Assembly: GCA_964574415.1 (NCBI GenBank) | Contig: CAZNNM010000002.1 | Span: forward strand, 311,141 to 375,140 | Direction: 5' to 3' | Length of the DNA: 64,000 bases | Source of the DNA: an uncultured Rickettsiales bacterium | GTDB lineage: Bacteria > Pseudomonadota > Alphaproteobacteria > Rickettsiales > CAZNNM01 | Shown here: one piece after another, positions 38,938-48,660 of the stretch | How positions within the stretch are numbered: position 1 is the stretch's first letter | Layout of the letters: the number at the start of each line of letters is the position of its first letter | Made by a program: the position numbers and the translations under genes | The notes under the pieces: generated by a model | Told to the model about the DNA's origin: nothing | Seen by the model: the letters and a program-made list of their open reading frames with translations, nothing else | Database searches by the model: none

Positions 38938-41652
38938 ATGTTTGGATCATTGGCGCGTAAGATTTTTGGGTCTTCAAGTGAGCGTATTATTAAGTCATTT
39001 TATAGTGTAGTTACGGCAGTTAATGCCTTAGAACCGAGCCTAGAGAAACTCTCTGATGATGAGCTACGCAGCCGCACCCAATGGTTCCGCGATCGTTTAA
39101 AAGAAGGTGAAACCTTAGAAGATATCCTCCCAGAAGCTTTTGCCACCGTGCGTGAAGCATCACGCCGCACCTTAGGTTTGCGCCATTTTGACGTGCAGTT
39201 GATTGGTGGTTTAGCATTGCATCGCGGTATGATTTCTGAAATGCGTACCGGTGAAGGTAAAACACTGGTAGCAACCCTTCCTGCCTATTTAAATGCCTTA
39301 GAAGGCAAAGGTGTGCATGTAGTGACCGTCAATGATTACCTGGCTAAGCGTGACGCTGAAACCTTGAGCAAGCTGTATAATTTCTTAGGTTTAAGCGTTG
39401 GCGTGATTGTGCATGGCCTGTATGATATCGAACGTAAAGAGGCCTATGCAGCCGATATTACCTACGGTACGAATAATGAATATGGCTTTGACTATCTGCG
39501 CGATAATATGAAATTCATGGCAGAACAACTGGTGCAACGCCCCTTCAATTTCGCATTGGTGGATGAGGTAGATTCGATTTTGATCGATGAGGCACGTACT
39601 CCACTTATTATTTCCGGCCCAACCGAAGATAATTCCGATCTCTATATTAAAATCGATAAACTCATCCCGCTTCTTGCCAAAGAAGATTACGAAATCGATG
39701 AAAAAGCACGTACCGTTGTGCTAACCGATGAAGGAACCGAACACGTAGAGCAAATTCTCAAGGAAAAAGGCCTGTTATCGGCAGAGCATAGTCTTTACGA
39801 TATCGAGTCGATTTCTCTCGTCCATCACGTCAACCAAGCCCTGCGCGCGCATAAGTTATTTGCGTGTGATACGGATTATATCGTCAAAGACGGTAAAGTC
39901 GTGATTATTGATGAATTCACTGGCCGTATGATGGATGGCCGTCGTTATTCTGAAGGCCTGCATCAAGCACTGGAAGCAAAAGAAAACGTGCAAATCCAGA
40001 ATGAAAACCAAACTTTGGCATCGATCACTTTCCAAAACTATTTCCGCCTGTATCCAAAACTGGCAGGGATGACAGGTACAGCAAAGACCGAAGAACAAGA
40101 ATTCCGCGATATTTATAATCTGGGTGTATTGGATATCCCAACCCATATGCCAGTGCGTCGTGAAGATGAAGAAGACGCGATTTACCGTTCTGCGGCTGAG
40201 AAATATGATGCTATTATTGCAGAAATCGAAGAGCGCCATAAAGCAAACCAGCCAATTCTGGTGGGTACAGCCAGTATTGAAAAATCAGAATTCCTCTCCA
40301 ATCTGCTGAAGAAAAAGAAAATCCAGCATAATGTATTGAACGCCCGTCATCACGAGCGTGAAGCGCATATTATTGCACAAGCCGGCCGCCCAGGCGCAAT
40401 TACCATTGCGACCAACATGGCGGGCCGTGGTACGGATATTATGCTCGGCGGTAATGCCGAGATGCGGATTCTGGATGAACTTGGCGAAAACCCAGACCAA
40501 ACACAAGCACAAGCCATCCGCGATGAAGTATTGCGCGATAAGGAAAAAGTACTGGCAGCAGGCGGCCTCTATGTCATTGGTAGCGAACGCCATGAAAGCC
40601 GCCGTATTGATAACCAGCTCCGTGGCCGTTCCGGCCGTCAGGGTGACCCAGGACGCACGAAATTTTTCTTATCCTTAGAAGACGACCTGATGCGCATTTT
40701 CGGCTCAGACCGCCTGAAAGGCATCTTCAGCAAAAGCCTGGAAGAAGGCGAAGCCATCCGCCATCCATGGATTTCCCGTGCGCTTGAAAAAGCGCAGGAA
40801 AAAGTGGAGGCACGCAACTACGATATTCGTAAGAACCTGCTGAAATTTGATAATGTGATGAATGATCAGCGTAAAGTGATCTACGAACAACGCCTGGAAC
40901 TGATGCAGGATGATGATATTTCTGACATGGTGGCGGCGATGTATGAAGAGCTGAATGAAGCCGTCGTTGACACCCATATCCCAGCGCGCAGCTTTGTGGA
41001 GCAATGGGATGTGGAATCCATGCAGAAGGAATTCTTCCGCATTTACGGCATTTCCCTGCCGATTGAACAATGGGCAAAAGAAGAACTTATAGATAGTGCT
41101 TTGATGCTGGAACGCATTCAAGACGCAGTATCAAACCACTTCAAAAACAAAGAAGCCAGCTATGGCGCAGAACTCATCCGCCTCGCAGAGAAGCGCATTG
41201 TGCTGATCACACTGGATCAACTCTGGAAAGATCACTTGCTTTCGCTTGACCATTTACGCCAAGGCATCAACCTACGCGCCTATGGCCAGAAAGACCCGCT
41301 CAATGAATATAAGCATGAAGCTTTTGCCATGTTTGAGAATATGTTGGGTGAGCTGAAGCAAATCGTGGTGAGCCGTTTAGCGCATCTGGAAATCAACAAT
41401 AATCCAGAAGATGGCCCAGGCTTAAGCTTCCCTGAGCCAAAACAAACCATGTTTGAAAGCCGCCAAGACCCTGCACTTCTCCCAGAAGAAGAGCAAGAAC
41501 CACAAGGCATGATTATCAATACAGTCCGCAGCAACATAGCCCCCGAAGACCGCGACCCACGCGACCCCAATAGCTGGGGTAAAGTAGGCCGCAATGATGA
41601 TTGCCCATGTGGTTCTGGGAAAAAATATAAGCATTGCCATGGGCAAATTTAG
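38938..41652 (+). CDS. secA: Preprotein translocase ATPase SecA
   Basis: [36 protein letters not shown] motif [14 protein letters not shown]. Confidence 0.98.
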   Translation: MFGSLARKIFGSSSERIIKSFYSVVTAVNALEPSLEKLSDDELRSRTQWFRDRLKEGETLEDILPEAFATVREASRRTLGLRHFDVQLIGGLALHRGMISEMRTGEGKTLVATLPAYLNALEGKGVHVVTVNDYLAKRDAETLSKLYNFLGLSVGVIVHGLYDIERKEAYAADITYGTNNEYGFDYLRDNMKFMAEQLVQRPFNFALVDEVDSILIDEARTPLIISGPTEDNSDLYIKIDKLIPLLAKEDYEIDEKARTVVLTDEGTEHVEQILKEKGLLSAEHSLYDIESISLVHHVNQALRAHKLFACDTDYIVKDGKVVIIDEFTGRMMDGRRYSEGLHQALEAKENVQIQNENQTLASITFQNYFRLYPKLAGMTGTAKTEEQEFRDIYNLGVLDIPTHMPVRREDEEDAIYRSAAEKYDAIIAEIEERHKANQPILVGTASIEKSEFLSNLLKKKKIQHNVLNARHHEREAHIIAQAGRPGAITIATNMAGRGTDIMLGGNAEMRILDELGENPDQTQAQAIRDEVLRDKEKVLAAGGLYVIGSERHESRRIDNQLRGRSGRQGDPGRTKFFLSLEDDLMRIFGSDRLKGIFSKSLEEGEAIRHPWISRALEKAQEKVEARNYDIRKNLLKFDNVMNDQRKVIYEQRLELMQDDDISDMVAAMYEELNEAVVDTHIPARSFVEQWDVESMQKEFFRIYGISLPIEQWAKEELIDSALMLERIQDAVSNHFKNKEASYGAELIRLAEKRIVLITLDQLWKDHLLSLDHLRQGINLRAYGQKDPLNEYKHEAFAMFENMLGELKQIVVSRLAHLEINNNPEDGPGLSFPEPKQTMFESRQDPALLPEEEQEPQGMIINTVRSNIAPEDRDPRDPNSWGKVGRNDDCPCGSGKKYKHCHGQI

Positions 41653-41673
41653 TTGGCAGCTTATAAGAAATTG

Positions 41674-41907
41674 TGTCATTCACCGGTTTGACCGGTGAAT
41701 CCATTTCAAAATATAGTGTTATTATGGATGGATACGCCGATCACGTTGGCGTATGACAAAGCATTGTTGATGATACGTTAATCAAGAATTTCAAGCTATG
41801 TCATCCTTGGACTTGATCCAAGGATCCATCCTAATATTAAGGCAAAAATATGGCTTAGAAGGGCTGTATGTTTTAGATGGATTCTTGGATCAAGTCCAAG
41901 AATGACA
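41674..41907. repeat. Two tandem family-A pairs (41674-41758, 41799-41907)
   Basis: GTCAT-tcaccgg-TTTGA-ccggtga-ATCCA; GTCAT-ccttgga-CTTGA-tccaagg-ATCCA, each with an inverted partner. Confidence 0.9.
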
Positions 41908-41985
41908 GAATTTATTTCTAAATAAGTCAGCACCAAATCTGCTGCCCCCTTGCCAATCCCCCCCACAAAGTATACAACTAAACAC

Positions 41986-43245
41986 ATGGCCTCACTTTCT
42001 ATCACCGTTCTGCGATTACGCGATTTTCGGTTCTTGCTTTGCACCCGTGTATTTGGGATTATGGCATTGCAGGCACAGGCAGTTATTGTCGGCTGGCAGG
42101 TCTATTCTATTACCAAAGACCCTTTCATGCTCGGCCTCACCGGCCTAACAGAAGCGATTCCTGCGATCATCTGCGCTCTTTTTGCAGGGCATATTGTGGA
42201 TATCAGTAGACCACACAGAGTATATCTCACCTGTATTAGCGTACTTGCGCTCAACACAACGTTATTCTATCTCCTAGCCGGAGGTATTATTGATGCACCA
42301 GGTGGCACTATATTACCGTGGATTTATGGTGGGATTTTTGTCTCAGGCGTAGCGCGGAGTTTTATTATTCCAGCCTCATTCTCACTCCTGCCACAAATCG
42401 TCCCACGCGCAGAACTGCCTGCTGCTTCTGCATGGCTCAGTAGCGGCTTCCAGCTTGCCGCCATCACTGGCCCTGCCATTGCGGGTATTATCTATGGTGG
42501 CTATGGCCCGCATGGTGCGTGGATATTACCGATGTTATTGATGATTACTGCGGCCATCATGATCTTCAGCATCAGCCACGGCCCACGTCATTACCGCAGC
42601 AATACAGGTCCACGCGAACCCGCTGCAAAAAGCATTAAAGCAGGTTGGGTGTTTATTCTGAATAATCCCGTGCTGCTTTCCGTGATGGCGCTTGATATGT
42701 TTGCCGTATTATTCGGCGGCGCAGTTGCTATGCTGCCGGCTTATGCGGATCAAGTATTGCATGTAGGCTCCGAAGGCCTGGGAGCATTACGTGCAGCACC
42801 TGCATTAGGCGCTATTATCACCGCCCTCACCCTTGCCTTACGCCCGCTTAAAATTGTGCGGGCAACGACGATGTTATGGGTTGTGGCTGGATTTGGGGTC
42901 TGTATGATTGGCTTTGGCTTAAGCCATACCTTCTGGCTATCGATGATTTTGCTTGCGATGAGTGGAGCATTTGATAGCGTCAGCATGGTGATCCGCTCGA
43001 CGCTGATGCAACTTCTCGTGCCCGATAACATGCGCGGACGCGTCTCTTCCGTTAACAGTATGTTTGTGATTTCATCCAATGAAATTGGCGCTTTTGAATC
43101 CGGCCTGGCGGCACGTTTCTTAGGGCTGGTGCCTTCTGTGGTATTTGGCGGTGTGGCAACACTCATTGTTGTTGCCACCACCACTTTGCTTTCCCCTAAA
43201 CTACGCCGCACCGTTGTGCGCGCCGATCAGGGGCAACAGGATTAA
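41986..43245 (+). CDS. MFS transporter (DHA3/macrolide-efflux-like)
   Basis: About 12 hydrophobic segments, GHIVD...HR motif A-like, MRGRVSS. Confidence 0.88.
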   Translation: MASLSITVLRLRDFRFLLCTRVFGIMALQAQAVIVGWQVYSITKDPFMLGLTGLTEAIPAIICALFAGHIVDISRPHRVYLTCISVLALNTTLFYLLAGGIIDAPGGTILPWIYGGIFVSGVARSFIIPASFSLLPQIVPRAELPAASAWLSSGFQLAAITGPAIAGIIYGGYGPHGAWILPMLLMITAAIMIFSISHGPRHYRSNTGPREPAAKSIKAGWVFILNNPVLLSVMALDMFAVLFGGAVAMLPAYADQVLHVGSEGLGALRAAPALGAIITALTLALRPLKIVRATTMLWVVAGFGVCMIGFGLSHTFWLSMILLAMSGAFDSVSMVIRSTLMQLLVPDNMRGRVSSVNSMFVISSNEIGAFESGLAARFLGLVPSVVFGGVATLIVVATTTLLSPKLRRTVVRADQGQQD

Positions 43246-43377
43246 TTATCTATCCGCTGCATTCTCGAGTTTTTGCCCGCCACGCTTAATATCCTGGCCC
43301 AGGCCTTGCATAGTATTACATGCACTCACACATAATGCGAGCATCACAACAGCAGAAATAGTAGCAATCACACGCAT
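43246..43377 (-). CDS. Entericidin A/B-family lipoprotein
   Basis: Lipobox VSAC then NTMQGLGQDIKRGGQKLENAA. Confidence 0.85.
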   Translation of the reverse strand: MRVIATISAVVMLALCVSACNTMQGLGQDIKRGGQKLENAADR

Positions 43378-43451
43378 AAATACCCTCCGTTTTGCGTTAT
43401 ATTCTAGGTGTAACATAGGCACAGGGGGTTTGTCTATATAGGCATAAAATA

Positions 43452-43550
43452 GGTACTGCCTCATTTTGAAATTTTTGCTTGTTTTCACGCTTTGTCATCC
43501 TTGGACTTGATCCAAGAATGACAACAATTATTGCAAAATGAGTCAGTACC
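43452..43550. mobile_element. 99-bp MITE-like element with 17-bp terminal inverted repeats and an 8-bp target-site duplication
   Basis: GGTACTGCCTCATTTTG...CAAAATGAGTCAGTACC (1 mismatch); ATAAAATA at 43444-43451 and 43551-43558. Confidence 0.8.
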
Positions 43551-43626
43551 ATAAAATACCATGCGATGAGAGAAGTTCCGTGATAAAGTGCCGGCCTATA
43601 TCCACCTGCTGATAGGAGAAATTTTT

Positions 43627-44367
43627 ATGCCCTGGTACCGCACTATCATCCCTAAGAATGAGCTAAAAACCCTTGCAAAGCGCCAGCAGCTTGACTATGC
43701 CGACATGCATAAACAGCAGCCTTATTGCTCACATCAACAACCTTCGCACTTTACAGAGCTATCGGCTTTCCACTACATCACAAAAGGCGTAAAACAACGA
43801 TTGTTTACAAGCTATGATAGTGACGAAAATATTGGCATCATCCTCCGCCCCTATACACAACCACGCAATGTATATTGGCGTGATAGCAACCGGTGCGCAT
43901 TATCAAACGCTACATTTAAAGTAAAGCATACCCCAGATTCCTTTCAAACCAGCCTTACTGATAATCAATTTATCCTCACGACCGAAGATAAAGCAGCAGA
44001 ATCCGTACGCACACGATATCGCCGTTTTGTAAAACAATACCAACAAGAAGACCTCGATCCTCAAGAAGCCTCTGTACCATGGACAGAAGGTTTATTCCGT
44101 TATCAACGGGATGAAATTGACGGCATTGTTGTGAATCCTAAAAACACACAAAGCTGCCTCCAAGCCTATGCTTTTGCAAAGACCCTAGAAGCCCATACCA
44201 AACAACGCTACACATTCTATGCCTGTGACGGCAATACGTCAGCACTTACCGAAGTTGATAGAGACACTGTAAAGGGTAAAATCTACTCCTCATCAAAACA
44301 ATTAACGGAATTGCTGAAAGAATACCATCGATGCCACAGCACCACCCAAGAAAAACATTATGGTTGA
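43627..44367 (+). CDS. Hypothetical protein
   Basis: AGGAGA SD upstream of ATG 43627; overlaps the start of the RluA gene; no family recognised. Confidence 0.7.
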   Translation: MPWYRTIIPKNELKTLAKRQQLDYADMHKQQPYCSHQQPSHFTELSAFHYITKGVKQRLFTSYDSDENIGIILRPYTQPRNVYWRDSNRCALSNATFKVKHTPDSFQTSLTDNQFILTTEDKAAESVRTRYRRFVKQYQQEDLDPQEASVPWTEGLFRYQRDEIDGIVVNPKNTQSCLQAYAFAKTLEAHTKQRYTFYACDGNTSALTEVDRDTVKGKIYSSSKQLTELLKEYHRCHSTTQEKHYG

Positions 44368-45046
44368 TCACTCCCACATACTCTACGAGGATGACACCCT
44401 CCTCATCCTCAACAAACCTGCCGGCCTGCCTGTACATCCTGGTTCAGGTGGCGGAGAGAATCTGGAAATATATCTGAGCACACTCTCTTCCACACCACTT
44501 GCACTGGCGCACCGCCTCGATAAAGATACCAGCGGCTGCCTTATCCTAGGCAAAACACCGGAGGCCTTACGCCATCTCGGCCGCCTCTTCTCACAAGGGC
44601 GCATAACCAAAACCTACTGGGCCATCGTCCACGGCAATGTAACACCTGCCGAAGGGCATATCGATATCCCTTTGCGTAAACAATCCCCTCTCAAACACCG
44701 CTGGTGGATGATGCCCCATCCCGATGGGCAACCTTCGCTCACCGATTATAAAGTGCTAGGAAGCACACCCCACACCACCTGGCTAGAACTCCACCCTCGC
44801 ACAGGCCGCACCCATCAACTACGCGTCCATTGCCAGGCAATTGGAACACCAATTGTGGGAGATAAGGTGTATGGAATAGAAGGCGATAATCCCAATCGCC
44901 CCCTCATGCATCTCCACGCTAGAGCGATGACGATTCCACGCCATTCACAAACCCCCATTACCGTGACAGCACCACCCCCAGAACATATGTTGGAACGGCT
45001 ACAGGCATGTAGCTATAACATAACAAGTGATGAAGCATATGACTGA
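44360..45046 (+). CDS. RluA-family pseudouridine synthase
   Basis: NKPAGL, HRLDKDTSG, TGRTHQLRVH, PIVGD..YG, LHA. Confidence 0.93.
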   Translation: MVDHSHILYEDDTLLILNKPAGLPVHPGSGGGENLEIYLSTLSSTPLALAHRLDKDTSGCLILGKTPEALRHLGRLFSQGRITKTYWAIVHGNVTPAEGHIDIPLRKQSPLKHRWWMMPHPDGQPSLTDYKVLGSTPHTTWLELHPRTGRTHQLRVHCQAIGTPIVGDKVYGIEGDNPNRPLMHLHARAMTIPRHSQTPITVTAPPPEHMLERLQACSYNITSDEAYD

Positions 45047-45455
45047 ATTAGCACTATTATTTTCGTCTGCATTTCTAGCCGCAACCCTATTCCCCGCCCA
45101 ATCTGAACTGGTACTTATCAGCCTCCATGCAACAGGACGTTATTCTCCTGCAACATTATTGATAGTAGCAAGCCTTGGCAATATACTGGGCTCAGTTATG
45201 AATTGGCTACTAGGCCGTTACCTGCTCCATTTTAGCGATAGAAAATGGTTCCCCATTAAAAAGCCCACACTGGATAAAGCCACCACACTCTACCAAAAAT
45301 ACGGCATATGGACACTACTCTTCGCATGGCTGCCCTTTATAGGCGACCCACTTACCCTCGTTGCCGGCATGCTGAGAACACATATCCTATTATTCATCCT
45401 CTTAGTGACAATTGGCAAAGTAGGCCGCTATACGCTTTTACTGGCTGCTTTATAA
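45039..45455 (+). CDS. YqaA-family (DedA/VTT) membrane protein
   Basis: FLAATLFPAQSE, GNILGS, KYGIWTLLFAWLPFIGDPLT. Confidence 0.88.
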   Translation: MTELALLFSSAFLAATLFPAQSELVLISLHATGRYSPATLLIVASLGNILGSVMNWLLGRYLLHFSDRKWFPIKKPTLDKATTLYQKYGIWTLLFAWLPFIGDPLTLVAGMLRTHILLFILLVTIGKVGRYTLLLAAL

Positions 45456-45576
45456 TGTGTGTTTAGGTGAATATAAGCGGATAAGGACACATGATTTTGC
45501 ATCACACCCACCACCCAGCCCTCCTCTCACTTCAAAGCGTAGAAAAGCAAAAACTATCTTAATACTATAGATGGTC

Positions 45577-45598
45577 TGGTTGCGGGGGCAGGATTTGA
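45577..45598 (-). repeat. att-site copy: terminal 22 nt of tRNA-fMet
   Basis: TGGTTGCGGGGGCAGGATTTGA, identical to 53101-53122. Confidence 0.92.
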
Positions 45599-45762
45599 TT
45601 TTAATGAATAAGTATTTGAAATATAATAATCTAATTTAGTTCAATTTATTTTTATACCCTGAAATATACCCTAAAGATTTTGGGTCTATCCGCTCACAAC
45701 AGAAGTGACCAGCAATGTGCATAATACACCACTATAGCCAACGCACAAGTGGGTATACGCTA

Positions 45763-48069
45763 TTAATACACAGCAACATTTACGGCCTTTGCTTGAGGAT
45801 TGCCAGATTGGCTATCCACAACGGACTTCATCCCATTAAAATGTGATTTATCCGTTTTCTGGATAAGGTAAATTAAGCTATCTATGATTTTCCCCATTTC
45901 CTCTACCGATGAGGGAGGAAATTCTGTGATACGGTCTGGCGCATCAGCATGCGATGAAACGTCTAAGAATCGTGTTAAACAGTTGCGTTCGTCGTCTTTA
46001 AGCTCACCAAGGTGCCGCAGTTGTTCTTCCGCTGTTTGTGTTTGTGGTACTTTGAAGGCCAGAAATGTCTCCAATACTTTTCTCGCCATAGTTGCCAATG
46101 GGTACATGTGTTCCAAAGTCATCACATCTTTTTTTGAGTGCCACTCGTAAATTTTGGAAAATAGAAAATGGTATTCCGAGTCGTATTTCTTCAATAGTGG
46201 GTCAATGTTTCCTAACCTAGCTTCTCTCTGAGATTTACCGCTTGGGGTGAGGCAATCCAGCATATAAAGGGCAAGGTCATCTTTCTTAAATCCTTTTCGT
46301 CGGTTCCATTTCTTGACTTCCTTCAGGCAGTAGAAGTTATGCGTGAACAAAAACACCTGCTTCGCGGAGGCGATGTTATCTTTGATGTAGCTTAGAGCAA
46401 AATGCGTGGATTGGCTGTCCAAGCTCGAAATTGGGTCATCAATAACGATGATTTTTTCTTCAATAGGCTTACCTTCACGGATTTTGGAAAAGAAATATAT
46501 CAGGGCAATTCCTGTTTTTTCGCCCTCGCTAAGGTTCTTGGCTTTTTTGTCGTTACGTGTAATGGTGTACCCATCTTGCTCGTACTGAAGTTTGATGTCA
46601 TCTCTACCAAGGAAGCGGCTTAAATCTTTGTTGACATTGCTCTCACCGATTTTAGGCTGAATAACCTTTGCTTCTGTTTCCTCGACTTCTTTGGTCAGGT
46701 CAGCAATGATTTTTCCTCGTACTTCTGCTTGCTTTTTTAATGCTTTGATGTTCTTTCCTAGGATGCGGTATTCTTCCAAAAGCTTTACTACGATAGAATT
46801 TTCAATATCCTGTTTTGCTTTAACAATATGGCTGTTCAAATTCTTGGCCTTAAGGTTATGCTTCTCTACCAATGCGTTCACCAACAATAGCTTAGACTGA
46901 ATGTCTGTCTCAAGCTGCGCTATACCATCGGCAAAACTTTCTTCTAACACATCGAAGGGATTTTCTCGCTTTTGCCGAAGAATTGCCAAGAGGTCATCAA
47001 TCCTTTGCTGCCATAGGCCTTTTGCATTGTAGAATGCATCTTGAGGCGCTTTGTATTCCTCCTGAAACTCTTTATAGAAGTCTGCTGAATGCACAAGAGT
47101 AATTCCGGCATATTTATCGCGGCAGGTTTTTACCGCCACTCCTACTCGATCAACTTCAGCAATAAAGTTTTTGTATTCCTCGCTGAAGTGCTTTTCCAAC
47201 TCATTCATACGCATATGAGGAAGAGATTGTAGACAAAACTGACAAGTAGGTTCTTTCCGCTCGGTGTGAATGTCATAACCTTTTTTTACCCATGCATTTA
47301 AGTCAGCATCTTTTTTCAGTACCTCTATAAAGGAAGATCCGGGAGATTTTTGCAGGATTTCTTTGGCTTCATTTAATAACTTAACGTCAATTGCTTGGGG
47401 AAACGAAACAGAGGGTAATTCTGGCATAGCATTCTGCTGAATTTCAGCATTCAATATTTGTTCTTTATCCGAATCCAGTGTATGCGCTGAGGTATCCTGA
47501 TTCTCTAATGTGGAAAGGCTATTCTGCAGCGAGTTACGGTTATAATTCTGATACTTGTCTTGAACATTGGTAGTAAGACGTTTCTTTATTTCACTGGCGC
47601 GTTTCGTTAGAAATGTGTCCCATGCGCCCTCTGCTTTTTTAAGAGATTCGCCCTCCTTTGCATTCTCATCTTTATTTTCTTGGAGTTTTGCACGGGCAGC
47701 GGAAAGTTTATCGGCCAATTCGTGGGTTACTTTGCCGATTAACAGTTTCTTGGTTCTTCCTTCGCCCCACTTGATATTATCTTCAACAAAATCCACATTA
47801 AACACGCATATAGAGCCAGAGAGAAAGTCGGGATTGCTGTGTTCTACATACCCTGTGCCGGTTTTAATTTTAAACTCTGGTTGCCAATCTTCTGGCAGAA
47901 ATTTGTTGTCCTCCAGATAGCGTAATAGCCTCGATAATGTGGTTTTACCGCTACCATTCCAACCATAGACCAGATTGAAAACCTTGAAATGTTCCAAATC
48001 ATTTGGCCAGACGAAGTTAGGAAAGACTCCAATGTCCTTTACTTTTTCTAAAGAGGTAATGCTTCCCAT
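45763..48069 (-). CDS. RloC-like AAA_13 SMC-type ATPase with C-terminal HEPN (putative anticodon nuclease)
   Basis: GWNGSGKT Walker A, coiled coil with CQFC zinc hook, LSEGEK signature, IDDPISSLD Walker B, FTHN, then ARKVLETFL and R-x6-H (RFLDVSSH). Confidence 0.8.
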   Translation of the reverse strand: MGSITSLEKVKDIGVFPNFVWPNDLEHFKVFNLVYGWNGSGKTTLSRLLRYLEDNKFLPEDWQPEFKIKTGTGYVEHSNPDFLSGSICVFNVDFVEDNIKWGEGRTKKLLIGKVTHELADKLSAARAKLQENKDENAKEGESLKKAEGAWDTFLTKRASEIKKRLTTNVQDKYQNYNRNSLQNSLSTLENQDTSAHTLDSDKEQILNAEIQQNAMPELPSVSFPQAIDVKLLNEAKEILQKSPGSSFIEVLKKDADLNAWVKKGYDIHTERKEPTCQFCLQSLPHMRMNELEKHFSEEYKNFIAEVDRVGVAVKTCRDKYAGITLVHSADFYKEFQEEYKAPQDAFYNAKGLWQQRIDDLLAILRQKRENPFDVLEESFADGIAQLETDIQSKLLLVNALVEKHNLKAKNLNSHIVKAKQDIENSIVVKLLEEYRILGKNIKALKKQAEVRGKIIADLTKEVEETEAKVIQPKIGESNVNKDLSRFLGRDDIKLQYEQDGYTITRNDKKAKNLSEGEKTGIALIYFFSKIREGKPIEEKIIVIDDPISSLDSQSTHFALSYIKDNIASAKQVFLFTHNFYCLKEVKKWNRRKGFKKDDLALYMLDCLTPSGKSQREARLGNIDPLLKKYDSEYHFLFSKIYEWHSKKDVMTLEHMYPLATMARKVLETFLAFKVPQTQTAEEQLRHLGELKDDERNCLTRFLDVSSHADAPDRITEFPPSSVEEMGKIIDSLIYLIQKTDKSHFNGMKSVVDSQSGNPQAKAVNVAVY

Positions 48070-48396
48070 GTGTATCTCCGTTCTGCAATTTTCTCTGATT
48101 TAGCATCGTAAAAGAGCTCCACTATCGAGCCACTCTAATTTTATCTGCAGTCTCGTCAATCTTGATTGTACGCAATGCATCATCCTTATTAAAGGTACTT
48201 TATTTTGATTTTTATTGTATTTTCCCTTTCACATCCAGACAAATTGTTCGAAGGCGCTATGAGGAGGTATCTATTTCCATCTCCAACTAAGGTAATCAAT
48301 AACAGTCACTGGAGTAGAGTAGGCTATCCTCTCACATCTCCATAATACTTATCCTTCCACTCTTCCTTTGTGACGTTACCGATAGGTGGATTGTTT

Positions 48397-48510
48397 TTAC
48401 AAAATGGCCTCATTATTGCCAACAAGGATGTTTGCGCCCTTATTAAGATTTAAGGAGAATTTAACTTTGTAGCATTTAAAATTTTCAATATTAACTTTAG
48501 ATATATACAT
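48397..48510 (-). pseudogene. 37-codon N-terminal remnant of an OLD-family/AAA_15 ATP-dependent nuclease
   Basis: Manual translation MYISKVNIENFKCYKVKFSLNLNKGANILVGNNEAIL*; breaks off inside the expected Walker A. Confidence 0.65.
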
Positions 48511-48660
48511 CCCTAAACTTCCAACTTAAAACTTGTATGTCTTTGTATCACATAGCCATACCCGTGAAGTAAAAATAACATGCTTCTAATGCTATGTTTA
48601 TTGATCGATTCCACTATAAGTTTTATAAAGGATGCGTACAACAATTTATAAAGATGAATT

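Noticed and set aside
43378-43488. N-terminal extensions on the entericidin ORF and on DUF192 (33484-33558)
   Set aside because: Both extensions start inside the MITE-related sequence; the signal peptides begin at ATG 43377 and ATG 33483.
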